Shown: positions 1 to 13,138 of the stretch, in pieces | Numbering within the stretch: position 1 is the stretch's first letter | Layout of the letters: each line of letters begins with the position of its first letter | NCBI RefSeq assembly: GCF_006345805.1 | Contig: NC_043012.1 | Location: 41,726,001-41,790,000, forward strand | Reading direction: 5' to 3' | Origin: Octopus sinensis | Taxonomy: Eukaryota | Length of the DNA stretch: 64,000 bases | Notes under the pieces: generated by a model | Seen by the model: only the letters and a program-made list of their open reading frames with translations | Database searches by the model: none | What the model was told of the DNA's origin: nothing | Made by a program: the position numbers and the translations under genes

Positions 1-1046
1 GTCAGTGCCATTTTTGTAATCGAAATACCAGCACCGTATACAATGTTTTCTTTTTAGTCATATGCCTTTGGGGAGACAAATCTTTGTTTCAGTTTTGCAT
101 GAATGAGCAACGAGTAAAAATATTGCCAGCAAACCAGGGCGGAGCAAGCAGACATTCATTTGTTGGAATATAGAACTTTTACTAACTAAAAGGCAAATGT
201 TTAAATAAAAACATTATATAACGCATTGGTGGTTCTACCAGCAAAATATCAACAAGCTATATAGAACTTACAGAGGACTTGTTGAAGTGACAGAGCTGAC
301 TCAGAGCACCCCAGATGTGACCGTCCTGCCTTTTTCCTGTGTTCAAGGGAGCTTTTTCTTCGGCAGTAAAGGAGGTGATTTAAGGGAACCTTTTTGGTTA
401 TATTTTCTAAACGTGATGTAAAGGGAATTTGACTGGTATTTCTAACAAATCCAGTAACTACATAAATGCTTCTTCACTGAGTCATGTGATTTAGTGGGGT
501 ATGGGGGAGTGGGGGGTGGATATGCAAATTTTTGGGTCAAAGGTCAAAGTAGTAACTTTATTACCGAAAAATGATAATAAAGTCTTTTCCTTGCACACCC
601 GACATCCTGCCTCCCAACCACCACACGTTTAAGGGTGGGGTGTGGGTTAAGTCGGGGATCAGGTGAGAGGAAGAGGAGGAGGGAGAGTTGTGGTGTAGTG
701 GTTTAGTTGTTAGTGACAAGTGAGTTGACAACCTGTCACTGGGTCGGCGGATCAGTCACACCTGACTGATTCTATTGCTTCTCAGTATATATACACTTTG
801 TGCGGCTAATCAGGCTTCTGCTTCGAAATAATCGTCATAGTCATTGTAGTCATCACCATCGCCACCACCACCACCACCACCACCACCATCATTATCATCA
901 TCATCATCATCAACGTTGTCATCATCTTCGTTAGCCTAACTTATTCATCTCATCAGTTTTGGACGCTTTCTGATCTTACACGCTGCCCTACCACTGACTA
1001 CGCAGACACGACTCCAGGAGCTCCAACAAAACCTGTGATAAAGAGA

Positions 1047-1126
<80 letters not shown>

Positions 1127-1136
1127 TAATAATAAT
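1047..1136. repeat. (AAT)n microsatellite
   Basis: Near-perfect AAT run; source of the poly-Ile ORF 945..1172. Confidence 0.95.
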
Positions 1137-1138
1137 CT

Positions 1139-1290
1139 GGAGTAGCTGTGTGGTAAGTAGCTTGCTTACCAACTACATGGTTCTGGGTTCATTCCCACAA
1201 CGTGGCATCTTGGGCAAGTGTCTTCTACTATAGCGTCGGGCCGAACAAAGCCTTGTGAGTGGATTTGGTAGACGGAAACTGAAAGAAAGT
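1139..1290 (+). mobile_element. tRNA-derived SINE, family A, 5' part
   Basis: Head with A-box-like GCTGTGTGGT and B-box-like GGTTCA; same sequence recurs at ~14772, ~33095 and ~52943. Confidence 0.8.
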
Positions 1291-1296
1291 GGAGTC

Positions 1297-1540
1297 TAAA
1301 AACTGAAACAATTCCTATCATAGTAGGCGCATTAGGCATGATAATAAACATTCAGACAAATGCATAACAAAAACACCAGGACTTATATAACATACAGAAA
1401 ATTGCACTACTTGGGCACTGCCCACATCCTACGCAAAACACTTTCAATACAGTAACCATAAGAGCATCACAGCAGACCATAGCACATACCCAAGGCACAC
1501 AGAGTTGTGCTCGGTAGTGAAGTGAAAGCACGCTATAATA
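1297..1540 (+). mobile_element. R4/Dong-like (RLE-type) non-LTR retrotransposon 3' end, copy 1
   Basis: Translates KTETIPIIVGALGMI...YNIQKIALLG/TAHILRKTLSIQ* with a frameshift, the typical C-terminus of R4/Dong ORFs; ends at a short TAATAA. Confidence 0.75.
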
Positions 1541-1787
1541 ATGGCAAGACTGTATGGCATGCCAGAAGGTAATGTAAAAGTGATGATACTAGTGGTGACT
1601 GGAGTGTTGAGTTCAATCCCATTGAAACTTCAACACTTCTTAAGGCAGCTGGAAATCCCATGCAAGATTGATGTCTTGCAAAAACAGCCTTATTGGGCAC
1701 AGCGCACATCCTAAGGAAAATATTATCTGTCTGTGACTTGACAGATGACTAAAGACTCTGCTGCATTTTTACCTACGCTGTGTTACG

Positions 1788-1790
<3 letters not shown>
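1541..1790 (+). mobile_element. R4/Dong-like 3' end, copy 2 (different subfamily)
   Basis: Translates LVVTGVLSSIPLKLQHFLRQLEIP...LQK/TALLGTAHILRKILSV; runs directly into (TAA)n. Confidence 0.75.
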
Positions 1791-1835
<45 letters not shown>

Positions 1836-1957
1836 GAAGAAGAAGAAGAACAACAACAACAACAACAACAGTAGTAGTAGTAGTAGTAATAGTAATAGTA
1901 ATAGTAATAATAATAATAATAATAGTAATAATAATAATAATAGTAATAGTAATAGTA

Positions 1958-1988
<31 letters not shown>

Positions 1989-2211
1989 TATAGTAGTAGT
2001 AGTAGTAGTAATAGTAATAGTAATAATAATAATAATAATATAGTAGTAGTAGTAGTAATAGTAATAGTAATATAATAATAATAATAATAAGAAGAAGAAG
2101 AAGAACAACAACAACAACAACACAGTAGTAGTAGTAGTAGTAATAGTAATAGTAATAGTAATAATAATAATAATAATAGTAATAATAATAATAATAGTAA
2201 TAGTAATAGTA

Positions 2212-2247
<36 letters not shown>

Positions 2248-2400
2248 GTAGTAGTAGTAGTAGTAATAGTAATAGTAATAATAATAATAATAATAATAGT
2301 AATAGTAATAGTAATAGTAATAGTAATAATAATAATAATAATAGTAGTAGTAGTAGTAGTAGTAGTAGTAATAGTAATAGTAATAGTAATAATAATAATA

Positions 2401-2431
<31 letters not shown>

Positions 2432-2438
2432 CGATGAC

Positions 2439-2477
<39 letters not shown>

Positions 2478-2497
2478 AATAATAATAATAATAATAA
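1788..2497. repeat. Compound trinucleotide microsatellite (AAT/AAG/AAC/AGT/ATG)
   Basis: Direct reading; the AAT-AAG-AAC-AGT block occurs twice. Confidence 0.95.
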
Positions 2498-2498
2498 T

Positions 2499-3000
2499 TG
2501 ACATCTTTATCAGACATGCTTTAATAGAATTAGATTTGGATACAACTTCTACAGCAAAACAATCAGCCATCTCGTGTGTATGGATGATCTAAAACTATTA
2601 CACTAAAAATGATAAACAGCTGGAAACATCACATATGGATTTACCAAAGAAATAAACATGAAATTTGGCTTAGAAAAATGTGACAAAGCAACCTTGAAGA
2701 GAGGAAAACTAGTTAAGAGTAGCAGCATAATACTAGATAAAGCAAATGAAATAAGAGGATTAGACCGAAGCCAGACATACAAATACTTAGGAATCAATTA
2801 ACTAGATACGATACAACACACACAAATGAAAGATAAGATAAGAAAGGAGTGCTTTAGACGAGTTAGATTAATACTGAAAACAGAGCTCAATGCGAAAAAC
2901 AAGATAATAAGTATCAACACTCTAGCCGTCCCAGTTATAAGTTAGAGCTACAATATCTTTAGCTGGACTATTAATGAACTAATCAAAATAGTCAGGAAAC
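2499..3000 (+). pseudogene. R4/Dong-like reverse transcriptase fragment
   Basis: ISHLVCMDDLKL (YMDD-type motif), MKFGLEKC, YKYLG, LKTELNAKNKIISINTLAVPVI; stops and frameshifts. Confidence 0.8.
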
Positions 3001-3139
3001 AGAGTCAGTAGAAGGTTGACACTAGCAGTCAGCACAGGGTTAGTGGAGAGTTTGAAGGACTATGGTCTGTGAGGGTCTTTTCTTGATCCCGGATTGCAGC
3101 TCCATTAAAAAGATGAGTTGTGGAAACTGAAAAGTTTAC

Positions 3140-3270
3140 GCTTCAGTCCGACCAGAGGACTGGGCAAGGTACAACGGTCAAGAGGTAAGTTATTAAAGCG
3201 GCGATGTGTACATTCGCCACCTCTGCTAGATTTCTTAGCAGGGATAGTTTCCTCTTAGCTCGGTCGAGGA
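3140..3270 (-). pseudogene. Tx1/L1-type LINE fragment
   Basis: Minus translation RKLSLLRNLAEVANVHIAALITYLLTVVPCP matches the fragment at ~41480-41570. Confidence 0.55.
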
Positions 3271-4339
3271 ATGAAGAACATTACAAAGGCATATTTTAAA
3301 AACAGGTGAATTGATATTAACATTTTTTTATCACGAACTGACTGTTGGAGCAAAGACTGTTGAAGGATGTCTACAATCCTTTCCTGAAAGCCCTCCAATA
3401 GTGTCTTCATAGACACCTTCACCCCCCCACACACACACCATTCTCCTTCGAACTCTCCACTAACCCTGTGCTGGCTACTAGTGTCAACCTTCTACTGACT
3501 CTGTTTCCTAACTGGCGGAGACTGTCTAGAAACATTCCGGATGTCAAACACACAACCTCGGTTTGCACTTTGGCCCATGACTGTTCAATCTGAGAGACGA
3601 ACTGAAGAAAGTCATGTCTCATCAGCGATGACTGCAGCTATTCACCATCCACGAAAATTCCTGGATAATAGTGCGTGCCTGCAAATTATCAGCTACAGTA
3701 CCCCTGGACACAAGTTTCCTCTTTATGGAGACCACCATATGTTGCTGATAACGGCACCACCACCATCAATTCCCATTTAACTTGCTTGCTAGCTCTACAT
3801 TAAAAATCGTTTCCATACCAGGAACGAGGCGTTCAATTTCCAGGAACTGAGCTCCCCTCAGGAGGAGCTGGATGACCACATTGTAAGGATATCACAAATT
3901 TGTGCTCTTTGTAATCAACAACCATTGCAGACACATTTCTGTGACCCTCACCGTCAAAGGAGTGAAAACTCTAAATACCATTTGGAAGACCAACTGAAGC
4001 ATAACCAAGTCCTGATTGACATATTTAGGAAATCCATTATTCGATATGTGTCGGGGTGTTTGGAGACTCCGAGGAAGACTGATAAATCCTCACACCTATC
4101 CTTTCTGTACAGTGTTCTCACACATCTGAAGTTGCGTTTAGGTTGCTATGCCAAACACCTATTAATATTGTTGAGGGAACCAGCCTCAAGATGTTGCCTT
4201 TATTGCTATTTATGTCGAGGACCACCAACTTCATGACTATGGAACATAATGACTACGAGGATTCGTTAGCAGAATAAGTGTTCATGGGATGGGTGGCTTT
4301 GGTAACCCACTCACATAAATTAATGCACACGCATAAACA

Positions 4340-4455
4340 TACGTATGTAAGTATATGCGTGTATGTAGTGTGTATGTATGAATTTATGTATGCATGTATA
4401 TATGTGTGTATGTGTGAATATAAGTAGGTAGGAGGATAGTTAAGTCGACAGGGTG

Positions 4456-4491
<36 letters not shown>

Positions 4492-4650
4492 GCATATATA
4501 TATATACATACATGCATGCATATATACATACATGCATATACATATACATACATGAATATATATATATATATATATACACACATACATGCATATATATATA
4601 TATATACATACATGCATATATATATACATGCATATACATATACATACATG

Positions 4651-4721
<71 letters not shown>

Positions 4722-4805
4722 ATATATAATATATACATACATACATACATACATATATATATATATACATACATACATATATATATAGATATATATATAT
4801 ATACA
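4340..4805. repeat. (TA)n/(TACA)n microsatellite
   Basis: Direct reading. Confidence 0.95.
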
Positions 4806-4835
4806 ATTTTTAAATTTATTTTATTTTTATTTTTA

Positions 4836-7060
4836 TCTAGTTTCAGCTCACAAGCTGTGGCCATGCTGGGGCACCGCCATTTGGTGTTGCTACATGATTT
4901 TACTTCACGAATGCTTTTTAGCAACTGCCATTTGGTGCATGAGAGAGTTCGATGCAGCTGCCCTCATCTGCACCTCCTGCCGTGAAGTTGGTTCCTCTGG
5001 GAAACCTGACAAGGAGAGATCCAGTTTTATTTTAAAGACATCTACATCCACCCCATGCAGGTCTCTTAGGTTCATCGGGAGGATATTGAAGAGCTGTGGG
5101 CCTCGGAAGCCCAGGCTATCACAGTATCTTGTCCTACATCTTGATGGCAAATTTGTAGTCCTTGGCACTATGCAGTGGCGCCCAAGTCCTTCTAGGATCT
5201 TCCAGATGTATATTATGGCATATCTTTCTCGCCTACGCTCTAAGGAATATAGTCTTAATCTCCTGAGTCTTTCCCAGTAGCTTATATGCTGCACAGAGGC
5301 TATCTTCTTCGTGTATCTTCGTTGGATCGCCTCAAGTTCTGTGATTAACTTGACACTGGATGGTGACCATAGCTGAGAGCAATAGTCAAAGTGGCTTAGG
5401 ACAAGTGTCCTCCAGAGGACCATCATGGTTTCCTGGTCTCTTGTTCTAAAGGTTCTAAGAATCCATCCGGTCAGCCGCCTACTTTTCATTGCCAATTTAG
5501 CAACATGCACATGAAAGGTTGCATCATCACTCATGTAAATACCCAGGTCTCGCACTGATTGTGCCTCTGGGATTGCAATCCCTCCAGGTCCAGTGTATTC
5601 ATTGGGTATTGCATTCAGTTTTGCATGCTGATAGCATAAAGCTTGAAACTTTTCAGTATTGAACTGCATGCTATTCTTTTCAGCCCACTTGTATATTTTG
5701 TCCAGCTCACATTGCAGGTGCTTAGTGTCTTCAGGGTTCTGTATTGCCTGTGAAACTTTTGTATCATCTGCATAACTTGTGATCGTGGCTCTCTGTGTGG
5801 CTGAGGGCATGTCTGAGAGGGCCATTATGAACAGTAGTGGTCCCAAAACAGTGCCCTGCGGAACACCGCTCACTATTTGCGTGTTAATGGAAGTGGCTAC
5901 TACCATCTGACTTCTATCCTTCAGAAAATCATGAAGCCATTCTCCCAGTTTTCCAACTCTGCCAAGATCACGCAGTTTGTGACATATCATTCCATGATCG
6001 ACTTTATCAAAGGCCTTTGCAAAGTCGAGATATATGACTTCCACATTAGAGTGGTTGAGCAGTCGTTTCAGCACCCAGTCATAGTGTAGTAGGAGCTGAG
6101 TTAAGCTGCTTCTTCCTGGTCGGAAACCATGTTGGGTGTCAGGCAGCAAGTCATTTTCTTCAAGGAAGGTGATTAGTTTCCTTCTGACTATTCGTTCCAT
6201 GACCTTGCTGATGTGTGAGGTCAGAGAGATAGGTCTGTAGTTCTTGGCCTCCGCTCTGCTACCTCCTTTATGAATAAGGCATATTTTACCTTCCTTCAGT
6301 TTTCTTGGAAGTTTGCCAGTTGCAAGGAAGCTCTGAAAGAGGAACTGCAGTGGTCTTGCTAGGACTCTCTTACATGCTTTTAGAAGGATTGCCGGGAATC
6401 CATCGGGGCCAGTACCTGAGATTGTTTTCATTTCATCTATAGCCTTTATTACATCGTCTTCCTTTATATTGTTGTAATCAATCATCGCTGCCTCTGATTT
6501 TATATCTGCAGTGGTAAAGAAGTCAGTTGGATTGCTGACTTGAAAATGCCCAAGGGGTGGAGTGAAAACACTCTTGAATTGCTCATTCAGTTTTTCACTT
6601 ATCCTCATTGGATTTCCTGTGAGTGTGCCATCCCTTTCAAGGAGTGGCCCTATCCTACAGTGCACCGTAGCTGTTTCTCTGGCATACCTGTAGAAAGCTC
6701 TGGGGTTAGATTTTATGTTGTCTATAGCCCAGGCTTCTTTGTCTGCTCTTTCCTTTTCATGGGAGAGTTGCAGACATTTTTCGATTTCCAACAGTTTTAT
6801 TTTTAGGCGGGACTTTTCACTGCTTTCAATTTGTTTGTTTCGGCGATTTGAAACTTTTCTACGCGTCTCATTAGAATTTTCCTCTCTCTGGGGATTTTGT
6901 TCTTGTGTACAGTGGCCTTTCTCTCTGGGACACATTTGTAGCATATGGCTTGCATTACAGACATGAATTGTTGAAGTTTCATGTCGATGTCTGGCGAGGA
7001 TAGACATTCAGGCCATTTTCCTGTTTGTCAATGAGGAAGCCTTCTTGGTTGTTCACCCTG

Positions 7061-7062
<2 letters not shown>
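4836..7062 (-). mobile_element. 5'-truncated CR1-group LINE; ORF2 reverse transcriptase (ORF 4905..7007)
   Basis: RT motifs NYRPISLTS, QHGFR, YLDFAKAFDKVDH, SGVPQGTVLGPLLF, YADDTK, VRDLG. The first ~48 aa of the called ORF are off-frame: the alternative frame KWPECLSSPDIDMKLQQF...KIPRERKILMRR resembles the linker of the copy at 62-64 kb, implying a frameshift near 6862. Confidence 0.9.
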
Positions 7063-7091
<29 letters not shown>

Positions 7092-7726
7092 ATTTATCGA
7101 CCTCTTCGGAATGTACGAGTACTGTACTTGGGTAGATTTTTCTCTTCCTGTCTCTCCAGGAACAATTCTTTACAGGAACAATTCTTGTGGTTAAAACTAG
7201 ATAGAGATGGACCGTGCTTCATGTACAAGTTTTGTGTGTGTATGCGTGTATGTGTGTTTGCGTACCTGCGTGTGTGTGTGCGCGCGCGCATTGCATCGTA
7301 AATACATGGCAACATTAAACGTACGCCATGGTATAAAACTGACATGACAAAACTGAATGTAAAGTATAACCCTCAACAGAAATTGTAACCAAGACACATT
7401 ACAACACTAATTAAACAATAGAGATTATCATACTAAATCAACATTATAATACTAAATACAGATTATAATACTAAATATAGAATATTAATGTAAGAAAATA
7501 TTATATAAAAAATAAAGCTCGTCCCACCGCTGTAAGCTAACAGCGCAACAACTCCACCACTTTTAATCCACTACCGCAACAACAGACCGCTACGACACCA
7601 CCACAACATCTAAACAACCCCGCCCCACCACCACCACACCGACACATCACCTCTCATAATATATAATTACGCCAAATAAATAAAAATTTCAATAATTACA
7701 ATAGACATATGCAAAACAATTCAACT

Positions 7727-7863
<137 letters not shown>

Positions 7864-8620
7864 TACTTTTAATCTGCATGTTTGTTACAATCACTTACCG
7901 ATATACACCTAGCGTCCCAGGGCGAGTGGAGGATAAGGGATGTTACAGAATGATTGAAAATTTGGGCTGAGGATGTTGTTGTTGTTGTTATTATTATTAT
8001 TGTTATTATTATCATCACTTTAATAAGGAAAAAAAAAAACAATATTAGAAATGTTTCAATGAAACAAAGCAACATTTTTACTATAAATAAACATTATAAT
8101 AATAAACAACGCTATGACGTTTAATTTAGACATTTATACAAAAGGAATTCTACAGGAGAATTGACAGTTAACTGTCTCCCGGAGGAATAGACCAAGTATT
8201 GTCCTGTAGACACATTAAATTAATTAAATGAGTTAGCTAGTACCCCTGGGGTGGGGGGGTCCTGTGACACGTGTCTTCTAAGGAACGTCTTTAGGGGGCG
8301 TTTCATGTCATTCTGAAGCCACACCAATTAGTCGTTTATCGAGTGTCTTGTAGTTTTGTTAGTTCGCCGCACACCACAAAAACCACCAATCTACGAACCC
8401 CACCCCCATCTTACCGTTACCTCAGCTCCTCATGATGCACAATACTACCACCTCATCACACGGGACTACCACACCACACGAGACTACTGCCACCACACCA
8501 CATCAACACGCCGTCACTGTTGCACGAGAAACTGAGACGCTACGAGTCCGGACAAAAAAACACAAATGCTTTCCACTATCAAAATACCAAACACCAAAAT
8601 AAACATTACATACATACATG

Positions 8621-8682
<62 letters not shown>

Positions 8683-8842
8683 CACACATATATGGACTTT
8701 TTCTATATTTCTGCTGAAGAGTTCCGCTCGAAATGTGAAATCCTCTTTCTTTTCTTTCCTTTCCTGTACTTATTCCACGTCCTTGCATTGTTGTCTTTTC
8801 TTGCGTATTCATATTTGGATTAACTCTGTCTGTCTGTCTATA

Positions 8843-10078
8843 CGAAGTCTGATCAATAAGCATCCGGATTGGTGCTATAGAAACAAAACCACAACGCATA
8901 CCAATTTAGCATTATATCTCCTTCGGAGCCGCACACTTAATCCACCGTTGTTTCCGTTGATGGAAGCATTTCTGGAACTCATTTTCTGGGATAACCAGCA
9001 GCTGCCTCGGCACATTTGATTTTTGGAAAGAGGAAAAAGTCGCAAGGGGCGAGATCTGGGGAATACAGTGGCTGTTGGACCTGGGGAATGCTGTGACTGG
9101 CCCAAAACTCCTACACACGCTGCACTGAATGGGCAGGTACGCTGTCATGGTGTAGTTGCCACTCACCGGACGCATTCAATTGTGACTTTTTCCAACGAAC
9201 AGCATCCCACAAACGCCGCAAAACGTCACCGTAGTACTCCTTATTTACTGTCTGACCAGGTGGAACATTCTCATGATGAACAATCCCCTTGTAGTCGAAG
9301 AAAACAGTCAACGGTGGCTTCATATTGCTTCAACTCAGTCGTGCTTTCTTCGGTCTAGGGGAGGTTGAGGTCTTCCACTGCGAAGACCGATCCTTTGTTT
9401 CGGGGTCATAGCCATAGATCTACGATTCGTCACCCGTTATGACCATTTTTAAAAGTTTTCACCGTTCTCGACATAATCAAGATCTTGTGCAACTGACTCC
9501 TGAGTGCCTTTTTGGTCAGCTGAAAGCAGTTTTGGAAAAAAATGAGCAGACACGCGACTTATACCCAAATCTTCAGTGATAATGGACTGAACTGAACCGT
9601 AATTAATCTGCACATCCTCTGATAACTCACGGATGATGATTCGACGATTTCCCTCACAGTTGCACGCACATCTGCAATATTTTCCTCAGTTCTGCTGGCT
9701 GCGGGTCTTCCAGAACGTTCGTCAATATCGACATTTTTTCGGCTATCTAGTAAACGTCTCAACCACCCGTACACTTGTGTGCGGCTCATACACTTTCTGC
9801 AAATTTGTGTAGGCCTCTGATCAGGTATCGTCAAGCTTTTGGCAAAATTTGATGCAGATTCTCTGCTCAACTTTTTCTGTCATGGTCAATGCGATGATCA
9901 CATGCTACACACGTTCCTTCCAAGCGCTGTAGTAAATAGTGGAAGTGAGCTACAAAAGTTAAAACTTAGTGCGCATGCACAGCAGAGTTCAAGGTCAATC
10001 TGTGTCAAGCGTCGTCACTCTGCGTGCTTTAGCTTCGTTACTATGGCAGCACTCCGGATACTTATTGGCCAGACCACT
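8843..10078 (-). mobile_element. Mariner DNA transposon, degenerate near-full-length copy
   Basis: Imperfect ~38-bp TIRs (CGAAGTCTGATCAATAAGCATCCGGA vs reverse complement AGTGGTCTGGCCAATAAGTATCCGGA) with TA at both flanks; transposase remnants ERSGRP, VFFDYKGIVH, WQLHHDSVPAH. Confidence 0.9.
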
Positions 10079-10111
10079 TATATACATACATGCATATACG
10101 CATGTATGTAT

Positions 10112-10162
<51 letters not shown>

Positions 10163-10252
10163 GTTCAGACATCTAAGTATATATGTATGTGTATATATAT
10201 ACACACATTCATACATCTGTGTATATATGTATGTATATATATATATATATAT

Positions 10253-10460
10253 AACGGGAAGCTTTATGAAAATAGACAAAAGACGAAGGCAGGTTTACGG
10301 AAATAAACAAAAGACGAAGGCAGGTGGAATACAAACAAACAATTGTATTAGTATGGCGCTCAGGAAATATAAATGAAACAAGTCTTTAACGTTTCGAGCC
10401 TACGCTCTTCAACAGAAAGATACACAGAGAAAAAAACACAGAAAGAAGGAGAGAAAAAAA
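10253..10460 (-). mobile_element. Penelope-pLTR-like short repeat with minimal hammerhead motif (10383-10420)
   Basis: Minus strand UCUUU-CUGUUGA-A-GAGC(GUAG)GCUC-GAAACGUU-AAAGA; second copy at 59256-59402. Confidence 0.6.
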
Positions 10461-10679
10461 ATTGTTCATGTTCTTCGTGTTGTCGCTATTAGTTTTATTA
10501 TTACTGTTTCAATTAATCGCATCAACAATTGTATTCTCCATGTCCACTAAGATATGTGATTGAAGTTATGACTAAATAAGAAATGCTATTATCATGAACG
10601 TACTTAAAGATCTTATTCTTGTTTTATTTCGTCATTTTATTCCTTTTCTGGCTATATTTTTGCATAAAGAAAAAGGTTA

Positions 10680-10990
10680 CGCCGGGCGAAATGCTTACGT
10701 TCTGAGTTCAAATTCCGCCGGGGTCGATAAATTAAGTACCAGTTACGCACTGGGGCCGATGTAATCGACTTAATCCGTTCGTCTGTCCTTGTTTGTCCCC
10801 TCTATGTTTAGCCCCTTGAGGGTAATAAAGAAATAGGTATTTCGTCTGTCTTTATGTTCAGAGTTCAAATTCCGCCGAGGTCGACTTTGCCTTTCATCCT
10901 TTCGGGGTCGATAAATTAAGTACCTGTTGCGTACTGGGGTCGATCTAATCGATTGCCCCCCCCCAAAAAAAAATTTCGGGCTTGTGCCTA
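10680..10990 (+). mobile_element. SINE family B (two partial units)
   Basis: GAGTTCAAATTCCGCCGAGGTCGACTTTGCCTTTCATCC core repeated across the window. Confidence 0.8.
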
Positions 10991-11588
10991 TAAGTTATTC
11001 TCTGACTAAACAGCTGACCCCTCAATATTTGTAATAGACTAGATTCCGCTGATGACAATCGAAGAGTAGACGCTGGTGCTAAACAAGGAGACGCTTCACG
11101 TCTACCAACATATGTTGTGTGACATTTACATCCGATTAGTTATGACTAAATTATATGGTCAACGTCTTTCTTACTGTTGCTGCTGTTGATGTTGATGACG
11201 ACGATGATGATGCTGTTGTTGACGATGACCAAATCACTCGCATCTGGGCAGCAAACAAGAAACAAAACCGAAAAACCTTTCTGAACTCCACTGCAAGTCA
11301 ATAAGATGCCGACGTTTGATTGGTTGACACGTCTCACACGTGATGTCGTCTTCTTATTCGGATGAAAAGACATCTCCCATGTCGATAAGTGAATATAATA
11401 TATACACCTATTGCTAGGTGTATATATAACTAGAAATTACACGGACATTTGTACATAGGTTCACACATACATACGCACATATCTTTTACTTGTTTCAGTC
11501 ATTAGACTGCGGTCATACTGGGGCACCGCCATAAAGAATTTTAGTCGAACGTAACAACCCTTGTACTTATTTTTTAAGAGTCTGCTAC

Positions 11589-11775
11589 AGACTACGATAA
11601 AGCCTGTACCTGGTCGCTTGGCCAACTGGAAATATCAGCCAATCTCCCTCAACACATACACTATTGTCTTAAAGTGCACTGAATTATGCTAAGCCCACGA
11701 TGGAGTCTACACCTGGTTACTCGGTCAAGTAGAAATAGCAATCTATTCTACCTCAAATCACACTAAATTTAATGG
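11589..11775 (+). repeat. 187-bp direct repeat, copy 1 (copy 2 at 13677-13863)
   Basis: Near-identical sequence 2088 bp apart. Confidence 0.9.
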
Positions 11776-12106
11776 TCACCAGGAAGTTGATACTGAAGGA
11801 TCCACAGACAACTGTTTATAACATGTGATGTTGTCCTGTAACAGGATGGGAAATAGTTGCCTTAAAATAAATGAGTAAATATATAAATATGTATACACAC
11901 ACACAAACATATGTATGTATGTGTGCATATATGTACGTACGTATTGTTTATATGGTTGGAATTATAGGAAATAACGGTGTTTTATGGGAAGTTATATTTA
12001 TATATATATATATATATATATATAATAATAAATATTAGGGAATAAATCCAAATTTACAGGGAAAAAAATCAGATTTATGATTAATCGATTTTTAGTAGTA
12101 AAATAT

Positions 12107-12258
12107 TATAAAATATTATTCGAGACAAAACCACTATTTTGCAAAACAAACAAGGAAGACTTAATCAATACAGACTATTTATTAAAATTTTATGTATTGA
12201 TTAAGTCTTTCCTTGTTTGTTTTGCAAATAGTGGTTTTGTCTCGAATAATATTTTATA
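12107..12258. repeat. Long inverted repeat (~66-bp arms, ~20-bp spacer)
   Basis: TATAAAATATTATTCGAGACAAAACCACTA...AATACA / TGTATT...TAGTGGTTTTGTCTCGAATAATATTTTATA. Confidence 0.9.
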
Positions 12259-12270
12259 TATATATATATA

Positions 12271-12314
<44 letters not shown>

Positions 12315-12347
12315 TATATACATATTATATATATATATATATTATAT

Positions 12348-12379
<32 letters not shown>

Positions 12380-12414
12380 ATATTATATATATTAATATAT
12401 ATATATATATATAT

Positions 12415-13094
12415 TGTTGTTGGCATCCTTTTTGTCTCGGGAGACAATGGAGTTGCGAATAAAGTAGTCTAGTCCGGCTTTTACATTTCATGTCCTGATA
12501 CATTTCCTGCTGTGGCTGTGTAGTCCTATCCTGGACAAACACTCCCTCTGGCAGGTACCGCAAATGTAGCGAAGACTGTTCCTGGCTGGTTGTAATGCCA
12601 TAGTTTCTTGGCATGGGTATGGGCCCCTATCCAGGGTTACGGGAAGGAGACAACCTTCAAAGAAATCCGGAGTGGAGCCCCGAAGGCGGTTTAGTGTTCG
12701 ACTCGACACTCTTCCGGCAGTTCCTGCAACCAAGCTGGTGCCAAACGTAATGCACTGCACTCCTTTGGACTACATCAGCAAGGTCGAGAGAGGAAACCTG
12801 ACGATTGGGCTACCTAGGACTTTCTTATCTATAGCCCAGGCTTGCGCAAAACTGGAGAGAACACTTCAGTGCTGCTGTAAAAAGCTGCAGAAACAACACG
12901 GGAGGTAACAGTCACGAGTGATAAGTCCATTCAGATTGGCGTAAAGTATGGGCTATACGGGTTACCTCTGACGGTGGGAGGGACCGCCGTGTCCTATTGT
13001 TTAGCTACAGCCCACCTCAAGCTGGGCAGCCCCCAGTTAATAAGGTGCTGACCCGCCACAGGCCGCCTGTTTCATTGGGTGCTTGAAGTTAAGA

Positions 13095-13097
<3 letters not shown>
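12415..13097 (-). mobile_element. RTE-clade LINE-derived element inserted in (TA)n
   Basis: Minus strand ends with the C2H2 motif CGTCQRECLSRIGLHSHSRKC, an RTE-type 3' UTR hairpin (TGTCTCCCGAGACA) and a CAACAA tail; orientation of the 12600-13097 part is uncertain. Confidence 0.7.

Positions 13098-13138
<41 letters not shown>

Noticed and set aside
11300-11350. ATTGG plus CACGTG promoter-like motifs (also YY1-like AAGATGGCG near 58988)
   Set aside because: Short motifs expected by chance; no linked exon or transcript evidence
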